In this document: piece by piece, positions 1 to 9,045 of the stretch
Layout: every line of letters starts with the position of its first letter
Numbering within the stretch: the stretch's first letter is position 1
Sequence record: DRR723986_3489
Direction: 5' to 3' (one strand)
DNA: 64,000 bases
Program-made: the position numbers and the translations under genes
Notes under the pieces: generated by a model
The model's input: only the letters and a program-made list of their open reading frames with translations
Database searches by the model: none
Told to the model about the DNA's origin: nothing

Positions 1-12
1 AAATGCCCAAAA

Positions 13-30
13 ATACCCTATATAGGGTAT
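13..30. promoter_or_regulatory. Perfect 18-bp palindrome ATACCCTATATAGGGTAT, candidate repressor operator
   Basis: Self-complementary sequence read directly; lies about 20 nt upstream of the def coding region. Confidence 0.5.
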
Positions 31-52
31 GAATTGCTAATTTATTAGGTGA

Positions 53-529
53 ACCATCCACGACATTCTAAAACTCGGCGATCCCAGGCTTGACGAAGTT
101 TGTGAGCCAGTCTTGGAATCCGAACTGGATCAAGTATCGGGTTGGGTGCAGGAATTACACGAGGCCATGGAAGATATTCGGAGGGTTTATGGCTTCGGAA
201 GGGGAATTGCAGCTCCACAGTTGGGGATTTTGAAGCGGATGTTTTACCTGAATCTTGATCGTTCCTATGTCATTCTTAATCCTGAGCTGAAAAACCAAAG
301 TGAGGAGATGTTTGAATTGTGGGATGATTGCATGAGTTTTCCGAATCTGCTAGTCAAGGTAAAAAGGCATCACTCGCTTACTTTAGTCTATAGAGATGAG
401 AATTGGGAACAAAAGGAATGGGATGTTTCAGGAGCTATTTCTGAATTGATTCAGCATGAATACGATCACTTGGATGGAATCCTGTGTACCATGCGAGCTA
501 TTGACCAGAAAAGCTTTCAATGGAAATAA
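53..529 (+). CDS. def: Peptide deformylase; start codon uncertain
   Basis: PDF motifs GIAAPQLG, DDCMS (EGCLS-like) and QHEYDHLDG. The frame extends upstream of the TTG at 113 as TIHDILKLGDPRLDEVCEPV back to a TGA at 50-52. Confidence 0.85.
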   Translation, partial: TIHDILKLGDPRLDEVCEPVLESELDQVSGWVQELHEAMEDIRRVYGFGRGIAAPQLGILKRMFYLNLDRSYVILNPELKNQSEEMFELWDDCMSFPNLLVKVKRHHSLTLVYRDENWEQKEWDVSGAISELIQHEYDHLDGILCTMRAIDQKSFQWK

Positions 530-541
530 TCCCGACTACTA

Positions 542-575
542 TCTAGATACTAGACTCTAGCTTCTTGATACTCTT
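542..575. repeat. 7-nt periodic tract (tctagat/actagac/tctagct/tcttgat)
   Basis: Visible heptamer periodicity; reverse-complement-like to the 4961-5016 tract. Confidence 0.5.
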
Positions 576-583
576 AAAAGTCT

Positions 584-591
584 TACCTTTG
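584..591 (+). promoter_or_regulatory. Bacteroidota -7 promoter element TACCTTTG, 4 nt before the rlmN ATG
   Basis: Exact match to the TAnnTTTG consensus. Confidence 0.65.
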
Positions 592-595
592 CATC

Positions 596-1663
596 ATGGA
601 AGCAATTCAGAAAAAAGACATCCGTAAGCTATCTCTGGCGCAGTTGGAAGAATTCTTTTTGGCGCAAGGAGATAAAAAATTCCGTGCTAAGCAGGTTTAT
701 GAGTGGCTGTGGAACAAGTCTCTGAAGAACTTTGATGAGATGAGCAATATTTCTCTCAGTACCAGAGAAATGCTCAAAACGCATTTTGAGATCAATCATA
801 TTCTTGTGGATCTGATGCAGCATTCCTCTGATGGTACGATCAAGAATGCGGTGAAACTTTATGACAATAAGATTGTGGAGTCGGTTTTGATTCCTACCAG
901 CAAGAGGATTACTGCCTGTGTTTCCTCCCAAGTAGGCTGTAGTTTGGATTGTAATTTTTGTGCGACTGCACGATTGAAAAGAATGAGAAACTTAAACCCT
1001 GATGAAATCTACGATCAGGTAGTGGCTATCAAAGATGAGGCTGAAACTTACTTCCAGCGTCCCTTGACCAATATTGTTTTTATGGGAATGGGGGAGCCAT
1101 TGCTAAACTATGCGAATGTGCTGGAAGCGATAGATAAAATCACCTCTCCGGAAGGATTGGGAATGGCGCCAAGAAGGATTACTGTTTCTACTGTGGGAGT
1201 CACCAAAATGATCCGCAAGCTAGCCGATGATGAAGTTCGCTTCAATCTGGCCGTCTCGCTCCACTCTGCGATCAACGAAACTAGGTCACGGCTCATGCCA
1301 ATCAACGATAGCAATCCAGTGGAAGAGTTGGGTGAATCTCTGAAATATTGGTATGAAAAGACCAAACGCAAAGTTACCTACGAATATGTGATTTGGGAAG
1401 GAATCAATGACGATGAGCGGCATGCTCGGGCGTTGGCCAAATTCTGTAAAATCATTCCTTCTAAAGTCAACCTGATCCAGTACAATCCTATCGACGAGGG
1501 AGAATTCCGCCAGGCTAAGCAGGAAGCAGTCGATATGTATGTTCGCGTATTGGAATCACAGGGCATTATTGCTAAAGTGAGAAAATCCCGTGGTCAGGAC
1601 ATCGATGCAGCCTGTGGGCAATTGGCAAATAAAAATGAGGTAGGTGAACTTAATACTAATTAA
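596..1663 (+). CDS. rlmN: 23S rRNA m2A2503 / tRNA methyltransferase RlmN (radical SAM)
   Basis: CSLDCNFC radical-SAM motif, FMGMGEP, C-terminal DIDAACGQL. Confidence 0.97.
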   Translation: MEAIQKKDIRKLSLAQLEEFFLAQGDKKFRAKQVYEWLWNKSLKNFDEMSNISLSTREMLKTHFEINHILVDLMQHSSDGTIKNAVKLYDNKIVESVLIPTSKRITACVSSQVGCSLDCNFCATARLKRMRNLNPDEIYDQVVAIKDEAETYFQRPLTNIVFMGMGEPLLNYANVLEAIDKITSPEGLGMAPRRITVSTVGVTKMIRKLADDEVRFNLAVSLHSAINETRSRLMPINDSNPVEELGESLKYWYEKTKRKVTYEYVIWEGINDDERHARALAKFCKIIPSKVNLIQYNPIDEGEFRQAKQEAVDMYVRVLESQGIIAKVRKSRGQDIDAACGQLANKNEVGELNTN

Positions 1664-1737
1664 CGTATTTTTAATTGTTAATTAAACGTCTTTTAGTTTT
1701 ATTAAGACTTTCTTTCAAACATGCCAACTCCTTTTAT

Positions 1738-4413
1738 ATGAAAGTTCATATTGTCGTTCTTACGCTACTTCTTAGCTTTTCTTTTTTGAAACCAGTAGTT
1801 GCTCAAGATGAAATAATACCAAAAATCCAGACTTTTTTTGATACTTATCAGAAAGAATTCCCGATAGAGAAGGCCTACTTACATCTGGACAAGAGTACTT
1901 ATACCCTGGGTGAAGACTTATGGTTTAGTGCATATCTTACGGCTGGGAGCGCTCAAGTTCCTTCCCCACTCAGTTCTACATTGTATGTGGACCTATTTGA
2001 TGGAGAAGGATTGCTTCTAGAGCAAAAAGTCCTGCGGCTTGAGAAAGGAAGGGGAAGTGGAGATTTTGTATTGCCGGCCTTTGGCAAAGCTGGAATATAT
2101 CAGATCAAAGCCTATACGGCTTGGATGCGTAATTTCGGAGAAGAGTACTTTTCCAATTCCGTGGTGAATGTCATCGACGGAGCAGGAGGCTCCTTCCTAC
2201 CGAAAATCACCTACGGAAGTATAACCACTTCTAATGGAAAAGTAACCTATAAAGCAAATCTAGCAGCTGTAGATAGTAAAGGAAACCCGCTGAGTAGTAA
2301 GGCAATTGATGTAAAAGCCCTAGCTGAAGGCGAAGAAGTATATTCTCAGGAGGCAATTTTAAATGCTGATGGGGAAGTCAATTTTACGTTTAGCATACCT
2401 GAAAAGGCAAATTTATCCCAGCATTTGGAGCTGACTTATCTGGAGAATGAGAACTATGCTGTCACCCAAAAAATAAGGCTACCTTATAGTTTGACGTTAG
2501 CAGACATTCAGTTTTTGCCAGAGGGAGGACACGCTGTTGTAGATATGAAGTCAAACTTTGCCTTCCGTGCGCTCTATCCTGATGGACTTCCAGCAGCTAT
2601 TAAAGGCAATATCTTAGGCAGTGAAATTAGCTTTGAAAGTAATTTTGCAGGCTTAGGCAAATTTGAATTTACTCCTACTGGTAATAGTCATCAGGCTAAA
2701 ATCTTTGAAAAGACAACCGGTCAGGAAGTCTTAGTAAATCTTCCTGAGATCGATGCGTCCGGCTTAGTCATGCAGGTAATCAATAATCCGGCAGTAGCCT
2801 ACTTGACAGTATTTATACAGGGTGAGCATAACCCTAAAGAGCTCTTGCTGGTCTCCCAAACCAGAGGAATTATTAATTATATGATAAAGGGGGTTTTATC
2901 AAACGGAACATGGGGGGTTAGAATTCCTAAGGAAAATCTCATATCCGGAATAAATGAAATCACCGTGCTAAGTGCTGATGGAACTCCACTACTTCAGCGA
3001 TTGCTTTTCTTCCAACAGGACGATCTGATCGATATTGAATTGTCAGAATCTGGAAATATTGCCAAACGAGAAAAAATAAAACTTGGACTTAGCGCTTCTT
3101 TTCCAGGGGGAGCTAGCACTGGAAGCTTCTCGGTAGCCGTATTAGATGCAGATCAGGTGGACCCATCTAAGGAAATGGGAAGCAATATTCTATCCTCGCT
3201 GTTGTTGACTTCAGACTTGCACGGTAATATATATCAGGCTGGGCGGTACTTTGGTGATAGTCCAGAAAACCAGCAATCCTTGGACTTGGTAATGCTAACC
3301 CATGGATGGAGACGGTTTAGCTGGGGAGATGTGATGACATCTACCTTTCCAAAAATCGATAATTTTATAGAACAAGGATTGAATGTAGAAGGCCAAGTCT
3401 CTGATGCAGAGGACACCAAGAAAGGCTTAGCTGGGGGCAAGATAACGGCATTAGTCGGTGAAGGTATTGAGATAATAACATCGGAGTTTGGTCCAAATGG
3501 CAGGTTTATCTTTAAGGATTTGAATTACCTAGATTCAGCTACAATCACCATTACTGCTGATGATAATAGACTTAAGAATTTTGTGGATATAGATTTAGAA
3601 CTACCTGAGCCCGTATTCTTTACTATAGCAGGAAAATATTCTGACAAGCCACTTTGGTCTGAGGAGCTTGCCGCCACTTATGAATCTAGATTTAGGATGA
3701 ATCAAATGATCAACGGTCAGGATGAAATAGTGGATATAGAAGGAGTGACGGTAGAATCGACGACTTTACAAAAAGAGGAGGATGAAATTCAAAAAATTTA
3801 TGGCTCAGGAGATGTAACGCTTCTCCCGGAAAAAATCCCAGGAGCTGTTGCATTTACAAATGTATTTCAGTTGATACAAGGCAGGGTCGCTGGTGTTCAG
3901 GTGTTTGTCTCTGGCTTGGATGTAAATGTACTTATCAGAGGAGTGGGTTCGATTACTTCTGGTACGCAACCGCTCTATCTTTTGGACAATATGCCAGTGG
4001 ATGCAGGCACACTGATGCAAGTGAATCCAAGCATGGTCAAAAGTGTGGATGTATTCAAAGATCCTGCAAAAGCTGCTATTTTCGGAGCCCAAGGGGCGAA
4101 TGGCGTGATCGCGGTATATACCAAGACCGGTGGAGAGATATTTACAAATGAAAAAGGAAGTCTGGTCACCCGCTTTGGCGGATATGCTGTCCCAAGGGAG
4201 TTTTACCTGCCAAAGTATGACACCAAAACAGTGGAAAATGCCATGACAGATGAAAGATCCACAGTGTATTGGAACCCTTTAGTGACCTTGGATGAAAAAG
4301 GTGAGACAAATTTGGAATTTTTTAACACGGATCTGGCTAAAAGGCTGGTAATAGTAATCGAGGGAATGGATGAATCAGGTAGATTGGGTAGATTGGTCAG
4401 AGTTTTAGAATGA
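1738..4413 (+). CDS. Exported protein with MG2/macroglobulin-like N-terminal domain and C-terminal TonB-receptor plug domain, no beta-barrel
   Basis: Signal peptide from ATG 1738; YLHLDKSTYTLGEDLWFSAY; FLPEGG; plug motif PLYLLDN...VDVFKDPAKAAIFGAQGANGVIAVYTK; DERSTVYWNP. Confidence 0.75.
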   Translation: MKVHIVVLTLLLSFSFLKPVVAQDEIIPKIQTFFDTYQKEFPIEKAYLHLDKSTYTLGEDLWFSAYLTAGSAQVPSPLSSTLYVDLFDGEGLLLEQKVLRLEKGRGSGDFVLPAFGKAGIYQIKAYTAWMRNFGEEYFSNSVVNVIDGAGGSFLPKITYGSITTSNGKVTYKANLAAVDSKGNPLSSKAIDVKALAEGEEVYSQEAILNADGEVNFTFSIPEKANLSQHLELTYLENENYAVTQKIRLPYSLTLADIQFLPEGGHAVVDMKSNFAFRALYPDGLPAAIKGNILGSEISFESNFAGLGKFEFTPTGNSHQAKIFEKTTGQEVLVNLPEIDASGLVMQVINNPAVAYLTVFIQGEHNPKELLLVSQTRGIINYMIKGVLSNGTWGVRIPKENLISGINEITVLSADGTPLLQRLLFFQQDDLIDIELSESGNIAKREKIKLGLSASFPGGASTGSFSVAVLDADQVDPSKEMGSNILSSLLLTSDLHGNIYQAGRYFGDSPENQQSLDLVMLTHGWRRFSWGDVMTSTFPKIDNFIEQGLNVEGQVSDAEDTKKGLAGGKITALVGEGIEIITSEFGPNGRFIFKDLNYLDSATITITADDNRLKNFVDIDLELPEPVFFTIAGKYSDKPLWSEELAATYESRFRMNQMINGQDEIVDIEGVTVESTTLQKEEDEIQKIYGSGDVTLLPEKIPGAVAFTNVFQLIQGRVAGVQVFVSGLDVNVLIRGVGSITSGTQPLYLLDNMPVDAGTLMQVNPSMVKSVDVFKDPAKAAIFGAQGANGVIAVYTKTGGEIFTNEKGSLVTRFGGYAVPREFYLPKYDTKTVENAMTDERSTVYWNPLVTLDEKGETNLEFFNTDLAKRLVIVIEGMDESGRLGRLVRVLE

Positions 4414-4473
4414 GGAATTGTTTTATTTCCTAATCTCAGCTAATTTCTAACCCATATGTTAACCTGAATATTT

Positions 4474-4950
4474 ATGAAAAAGGCTTTACTGATTTTTTGC
4501 GCCACTTTAATGCTCTCTTTTGTAGCTATTGCCCAATCTCAAGAGCAGGGCAATGCCCGCTTTCACGGATATGGAACCTACGGATTGCGATACAATAACT
4601 TTGGCGCTGGAGCGGGGATTGAATATTTCTTTGTAGACAAATTCGCACTGATGCCGAGTTTTACTTTTGTTTTTCCACAGGTGGGCAAAGAAAGTAACTT
4701 CAGTGCAGATCTTCGATATTATGTGTCAGAGGGCGCATCACAGCTTTATTTCATGGCAGGCTACAGTCAAACTTGGCAAGATACTCAGCCGGATGGAGCG
4801 GGTGCAAGACGCAACTCGAAGGGAGCTAATATGGGAGTGGGTGCCTATATCGCATTAACTGAAGGTATCGGGTTGAGTACCGAATTCCGCTTCCAAAGTC
4901 CCTATCCAAGGGAAGTTGGATTTAGAGTTGGCTTAGCTTTACCATTGTAA
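4474..4950 (+). CDS. Small outer-membrane beta-barrel protein
   Basis: Signal peptide followed by alternating amphipathic beta-strands; 158 aa. Confidence 0.7.
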   Translation: MKKALLIFCATLMLSFVAIAQSQEQGNARFHGYGTYGLRYNNFGAGAGIEYFFVDKFALMPSFTFVFPQVGKESNFSADLRYYVSEGASQLYFMAGYSQTWQDTQPDGAGARRNSKGANMGVGAYIALTEGIGLSTEFRFQSPYPREVGFRVGLALPL

Positions 4951-4960
4951 TTTAAATAAT

Positions 4961-5044
4961 CAAGACGTAAGACTTTAGATATAAGACACAAGAGTCGAGA
5001 GCTAAGATAGAAGAGCAAGTTGCAGCAGTCTAAAGTCTTATGTC
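4961..5044. repeat. Eight tandem degenerate heptamers (about YAAGANN) closed by a 16-bp inverted repeat
   Basis: caagacg taagact ttagata taagaca caagagt cgagagc taagata gaagagc (4961-5016); 4964-4979 matches the reverse complement of 5029-5044 at 15/16. Confidence 0.75.
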
Positions 5045-5054
5045 AAAGTACTTG

Positions 5055-5996
5055 CTACTTTTTCGAAAACTCAAATAACTTCCGCTTCTCTTCTTTATTC
5101 AAAGCTTCGTAGCCTCTATCCGCGATTTTATCTAGAATCTTATCAATTTCCTCCTGAGTTGCTTCGTCAGAACTAACTTGGGCTGATGTGGATTTTGTCG
5201 CCTTTTTAAAAGAAGAAAATCCTCCACCGCTAGAGGTTTTGGCTTTACTACGATAGGATACTTTTACCTTGCTTTTTCTTCCAGAAAAAAGATCCTCAAA
5301 GAATATCCCTACTTTCTGAACAGGCACACCCCAATCTATTCCTTTGCGCAGCTGAACAATATATAAGTAACCAAGAAGTGCCCCACCAAGGTGAGCTAAT
5401 TCTCCTCCTGCATTTGCGCCAGCAGAATTAGCAAAAGATAAGATCACATAGAAAATTGCGATGTATTTGATTTTTACCGGTCCAAGTATTAGAAGAAAGA
5501 AGGTAGTGTTTGGCGAGAGTGTCGCAGCTCCGACGACAATAGCAAATACGCCAGCACTAGCTCCAAGCATCAAAGAACTATCTACAGACTGACTAAAAAA
5601 AGGGGCTAAATTGTAAATGAGCACATAAAATGCTGCACCGGCAAGTCCACCAAGGATGTACAGATTGGCAAGTTTACGGCTTCCAAGAAATTGATGGATC
5701 AGCTGACCAAACCAATAGAGGAAAAGCATGTTGAAGAGGATGTGGAATATCCCTTCGTGTAGAAACATGTAAGTAAACATACTCCAAGGCTGCGTCGCCA
5801 ATCTAGGAAGGGAAGCTGGCATCATCAGATATCCTAGCACTGTAGAATACAACTCTCCTAGTCCACCGATAGTCATAAACACCCGGAAAACCAGCACAAC
5901 AAAAAACACTAAAATATTGATCGCAATCAGCTTAAAGAGGCTGTTGTCGCTGTGTTTGAATGCGTTCCGAAGATTATCCCAAAAGTTACCGTACAT
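5055..5996 (-). CDS. Rhomboid intramembrane serine protease with C-terminal helical extension
   Basis: HILFNM, GASAG (catalytic Ser), AHLGG (catalytic His), C-terminal EIDKILDKI. Confidence 0.92.
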   Translation of the reverse strand: MYGNFWDNLRNAFKHSDNSLFKLIAINILVFFVVLVFRVFMTIGGLGELYSTVLGYLMMPASLPRLATQPWSMFTYMFLHEGIFHILFNMLFLYWFGQLIHQFLGSRKLANLYILGGLAGAAFYVLIYNLAPFFSQSVDSSLMLGASAGVFAIVVGAATLSPNTTFFLLILGPVKIKYIAIFYVILSFANSAGANAGGELAHLGGALLGYLYIVQLRKGIDWGVPVQKVGIFFEDLFSGRKSKVKVSYRSKAKTSSGGGFSSFKKATKSTSAQVSSDEATQEEIDKILDKIADRGYEALNKEEKRKLFEFSKK

Positions 5997-5998
5997 AA

Positions 5999-6790
5999 TT
6001 AATAAAAACTGTTTCTGTCTTTTTTCCAGAAGTAAACCAAGACCCCTCCAATCACCAATCCACTGAGGTGAGCAAAGTGGGCTACGTTATCCAGCGGATT
6101 ATTTACAAATACGTTATATATGGTATAAAGGCTGTAGAAAAGCACCATATATTTTGCTTTGATAGGAATCGGCGGAAAGAGTAAGAATAATTGAGTATTG
6201 GGGAAAAGCATGGCAAAAGCTATCAAAACACCAAAAAGAGCGCCTGAGGCACCTACCATAGGTACATTTGCCTGAACTTCGAGGATCGCCTCTAAGGTTT
6301 GATTTGCTTGACTGATTTTATTTGGATCATCAGGATTACGGCTATAATCATCTACAAAATCATAAATAGTCCGCTTGAAAAACCCCTTGTTTTGAATCAC
6401 TAATTGATTGAAGGAATCAGGGTTGGGATTGTTTTGGAACATCGCCACTTTTTCCTCCAGATTGTTCATTCGGTAAGCAGTATATCCTGAATAAAGCACT
6501 CCCGACCCTATACCGCAAACCATCCATAATGTCAACAATTTCTTTGGCCCCAAAAACTGCTCAAGCAGTGGGCCAAAAATCATTAACCCAAACATATTAC
6601 CGAACAAATGCCAAAAATCGGCATGCATAAACATGTAGGTCAGAAACTGAAAAGGCTGGAAATAGTGGCTATGAATGTAGTATAATGCAAACCACTGATT
6701 TAACTGAGGAAAGATAAAGCTGGACACAATAAGTAGCCCTACGTTAATAAGAAGAAGGTTTTTTACTACCGGTGTAATATTTCTAAACAT
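5999..6790 (-). CDS. Rhomboid intramembrane serine protease
   Basis: HLFGNM, GASGA, AHFAHLSG. Confidence 0.92.
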   Translation of the reverse strand: MFRNITPVVKNLLLINVGLLIVSSFIFPQLNQWFALYYIHSHYFQPFQFLTYMFMHADFWHLFGNMFGLMIFGPLLEQFLGPKKLLTLWMVCGIGSGVLYSGYTAYRMNNLEEKVAMFQNNPNPDSFNQLVIQNKGFFKRTIYDFVDDYSRNPDDPNKISQANQTLEAILEVQANVPMVGASGALFGVLIAFAMLFPNTQLFLLFPPIPIKAKYMVLFYSLYTIYNVFVNNPLDNVAHFAHLSGLVIGGVLVYFWKKDRNSFY

Positions 6791-6791
6791 G

Positions 6792-8639
6792 CTATTTGCC
6801 GAAGAAGGAATGAATACTGCTTAAATCTAATTTCACGAAGGTTTTGTTCCCTCCCAGCCCATAATTTGGATTTTGACAGGCAAAAAGCTGCCCAACTAGT
6901 GTTTCCATTTCTTGTGAATTTAGTTTTTGCCCTTTTTTCAAGGACGATTTTCGCGCCAAAGAACGAGCTAGATTTTCTCTGGTGTCGAGCGAAAGCTCAC
7001 TTTTGAAATGCTTGTACTGCTCTAGAAGTCCTTCGAAAAGCTCCTTTTCATTTTTAACAGGCAAGTCTGCCGGGACGCCTTGAATAAGTACGGTGTCTTT
7101 TCCAAACTCCGAAACCATAAAACCCAGGCTATGCAACTCAGGCATGATATCCATCACCAAAGCATAATCGGAAGGCCCGAGGTTGACAGTCGGCGGAAAA
7201 AGACATTGCTGAGAAGTGCCTTGTGCGAGTTTCAGCTGACGCAAATAGCGCTCGTATAGAATTCGCTCATGAGCCGTCTGCTGATCGATAATCAAAAACC
7301 CTGTTGACATCTGCGCGACCACATAGCTTAGCTCTACTTGGAATGTTGTCCCAGTGGACTCAGTTTCGGTGGGCCTAGGAATAAACTCCGTGGCATCGTC
7401 TGGTTTGGCTCTGCTTTCAAAAGTTAAAACTTCTGTTTCTTCGGATTGAGTGGATCTTTCGATTGCTTTAGTTTCTTGTTGAGTTCCTTCAAATAGCCTT
7501 TCCCAGCCTGAGGTGCTAGCTTGTTTGAATTCCGGAGTATTGAATGATTTATAACTGTATTCCCGATCTACCTGAGCCTTTTTTTCTGGATCCTTGTCCC
7601 ATTTTTCGTTGAAATTTACATCCAAGCTAAAGTCCAGTGAAGGTACTACGTGATGCGCGCCTAAGGCTTGTTTTACCGCAGATCGAATGACCGCATAGAT
7701 CGTTCGCTCATCGTCAAATTTGATTTCCGTTTTAGTCGGATGAACATTGATATCTATGTGAGAAGGGTCAATTTCCAGGAAAAGAACATAGAATGGATGT
7801 TGATCTGATTGCAACAAACCTTCGAAAGCTGAGCTCACTGCATGATTCAAGTAGCTGGATTTGATGAAGCGATTGTTCACAAAGAAAAACTGCTCACCTC
7901 GGGTTTTTTTGGCATTTTCAGGTTTACCTATGTAGCCTTTCACATTTACATGTGGAGTCAGTTCCTCGCAAGGCACCAGTTGACCTTGGTAGTTTTTACC
8001 AAAAAGGCCAACTATCCTATGACTGAGTTTACCCGGGGTGAGACTATATACTTCGAGATCTTGCTGAAAAAGTGAAAAGCCAATTTCATTATAAGAAAGC
8101 GCTACCCGCTGAAATTCATCCACGATGTGACGCATTTCGACGGGATTTGATTTTAGGAAATTTCTTCGGGCAGGAACATTATAAAACAGATTTTTCATAG
8201 AAACCGAAGTCCCCACATTTCCTGCGAATGGTTCTTGTTTTTTAACCTCAGACCCTTCGATTTGGATCAATGTGCCAAGTTCTGATTCTGCTTGTCGGGT
8301 CTTTAATTCCACCTGAGCTACCGCTGCAATCGAGGCTAATGCCTCCCCGCGAAACCCAAAAGTTCGGATAGAAAAGAGGTCATTTGAGCTACGGATTTTA
8401 GAAGTGGCATGACGTTCAAAACTCATACGAGCATCGGTAGCGGACATTCCTTTTCCGTTATCAATTACTTGGATTAGCTGTTTTCCGGATTCTTTTACCA
8501 CCACCTGAACTTGGGTAGCACCAGCATCTACTGCATTTTCCAGAAGCTCCTTTAGTGCAGATGCCGGTCTTTGAACTACTTCTCCTGCTGCGATTTGATT
8601 AGCGATCGCATCGGGAAGGAGTTGAATAATATCACTCAT
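6792..8639 (-). CDS. mutL: DNA mismatch repair protein MutL
   Basis: NQIAAGEVVQRP, GFRGEALASI, DINVHPTKTEI. Confidence 0.97.
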   Translation of the reverse strand: MSDIIQLLPDAIANQIAAGEVVQRPASALKELLENAVDAGATQVQVVVKESGKQLIQVIDNGKGMSATDARMSFERHATSKIRSSNDLFSIRTFGFRGEALASIAAVAQVELKTRQAESELGTLIQIEGSEVKKQEPFAGNVGTSVSMKNLFYNVPARRNFLKSNPVEMRHIVDEFQRVALSYNEIGFSLFQQDLEVYSLTPGKLSHRIVGLFGKNYQGQLVPCEELTPHVNVKGYIGKPENAKKTRGEQFFFVNNRFIKSSYLNHAVSSAFEGLLQSDQHPFYVLFLEIDPSHIDINVHPTKTEIKFDDERTIYAVIRSAVKQALGAHHVVPSLDFSLDVNFNEKWDKDPEKKAQVDREYSYKSFNTPEFKQASTSGWERLFEGTQQETKAIERSTQSEETEVLTFESRAKPDDATEFIPRPTETESTGTTFQVELSYVVAQMSTGFLIIDQQTAHERILYERYLRQLKLAQGTSQQCLFPPTVNLGPSDYALVMDIMPELHSLGFMVSEFGKDTVLIQGVPADLPVKNEKELFEGLLEQYKHFKSELSLDTRENLARSLARKSSLKKGQKLNSQEMETLVGQLFACQNPNYGLGGNKTFVKLDLSSIHSFFGK

Positions 8640-9045
8640 ATTTCTTCTTGGGTTTTAGCCTGAAGAAAAAATAGATCGCAGCCACAAGAGCTACTGCGTA
8701 GGCCATGTATTCAAATATTACTGGACCTAAATAAACATAGCCAAAGATAGATCCGAGAAGCAATAGAAAAATGAACGTGCGGATCATGGCCGTAGAGGCA
8801 AACATATTTACTCCGTCTCGTTCTTTAATCCCCTTGTGCTGCGCAAAAGAGCCTCGAATACCCGCACCATAGGATCCAATTTCACGTGAAGTCAACTCAT
8901 CCTTATCCAACAAGCCCTGAGCCTCCAGATCTCTTTTAATTTGAGAGGTTCTTTGCTCGATTTCCTCTCTCACCGGATCATAATACCTAGGTTTGATATC
9001 AAATCTCATTGGAGCGGCAGTTCGAAATACGGATGGAAATTTCAT
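8632..9045 (-). CDS. Hypothetical membrane protein
   Basis: 137-aa ORF with FDIKPRYYDP and two C-terminal TM helices; overlaps the mutL start. Confidence 0.7.
   Translation of the reverse strand: MKFPSVFRTAAPMRFDIKPRYYDPVREEIEQRTSQIKRDLEAQGLLDKDELTSREIGSYGAGIRGSFAQHKGIKERDGVNMFASTAMIRTFIFLLLLGSIFGYVYLGPVIFEYMAYAVALVAAIYFFFRLKPKKKYE

Noticed and set aside
1675-1737. Longest-ORF 5' extensions (also 31538, 37784, 39898, 20709, 13315, 27398, 52042)
   Set aside because: Downstream ATGs give better signal peptides, gene overlaps or promoter spacing.
4961-5044. Tandem repeats as a CRISPR array
   Set aside because: Units are 7 nt and degenerate with no unique spacers, and there are no cas genes in the window.
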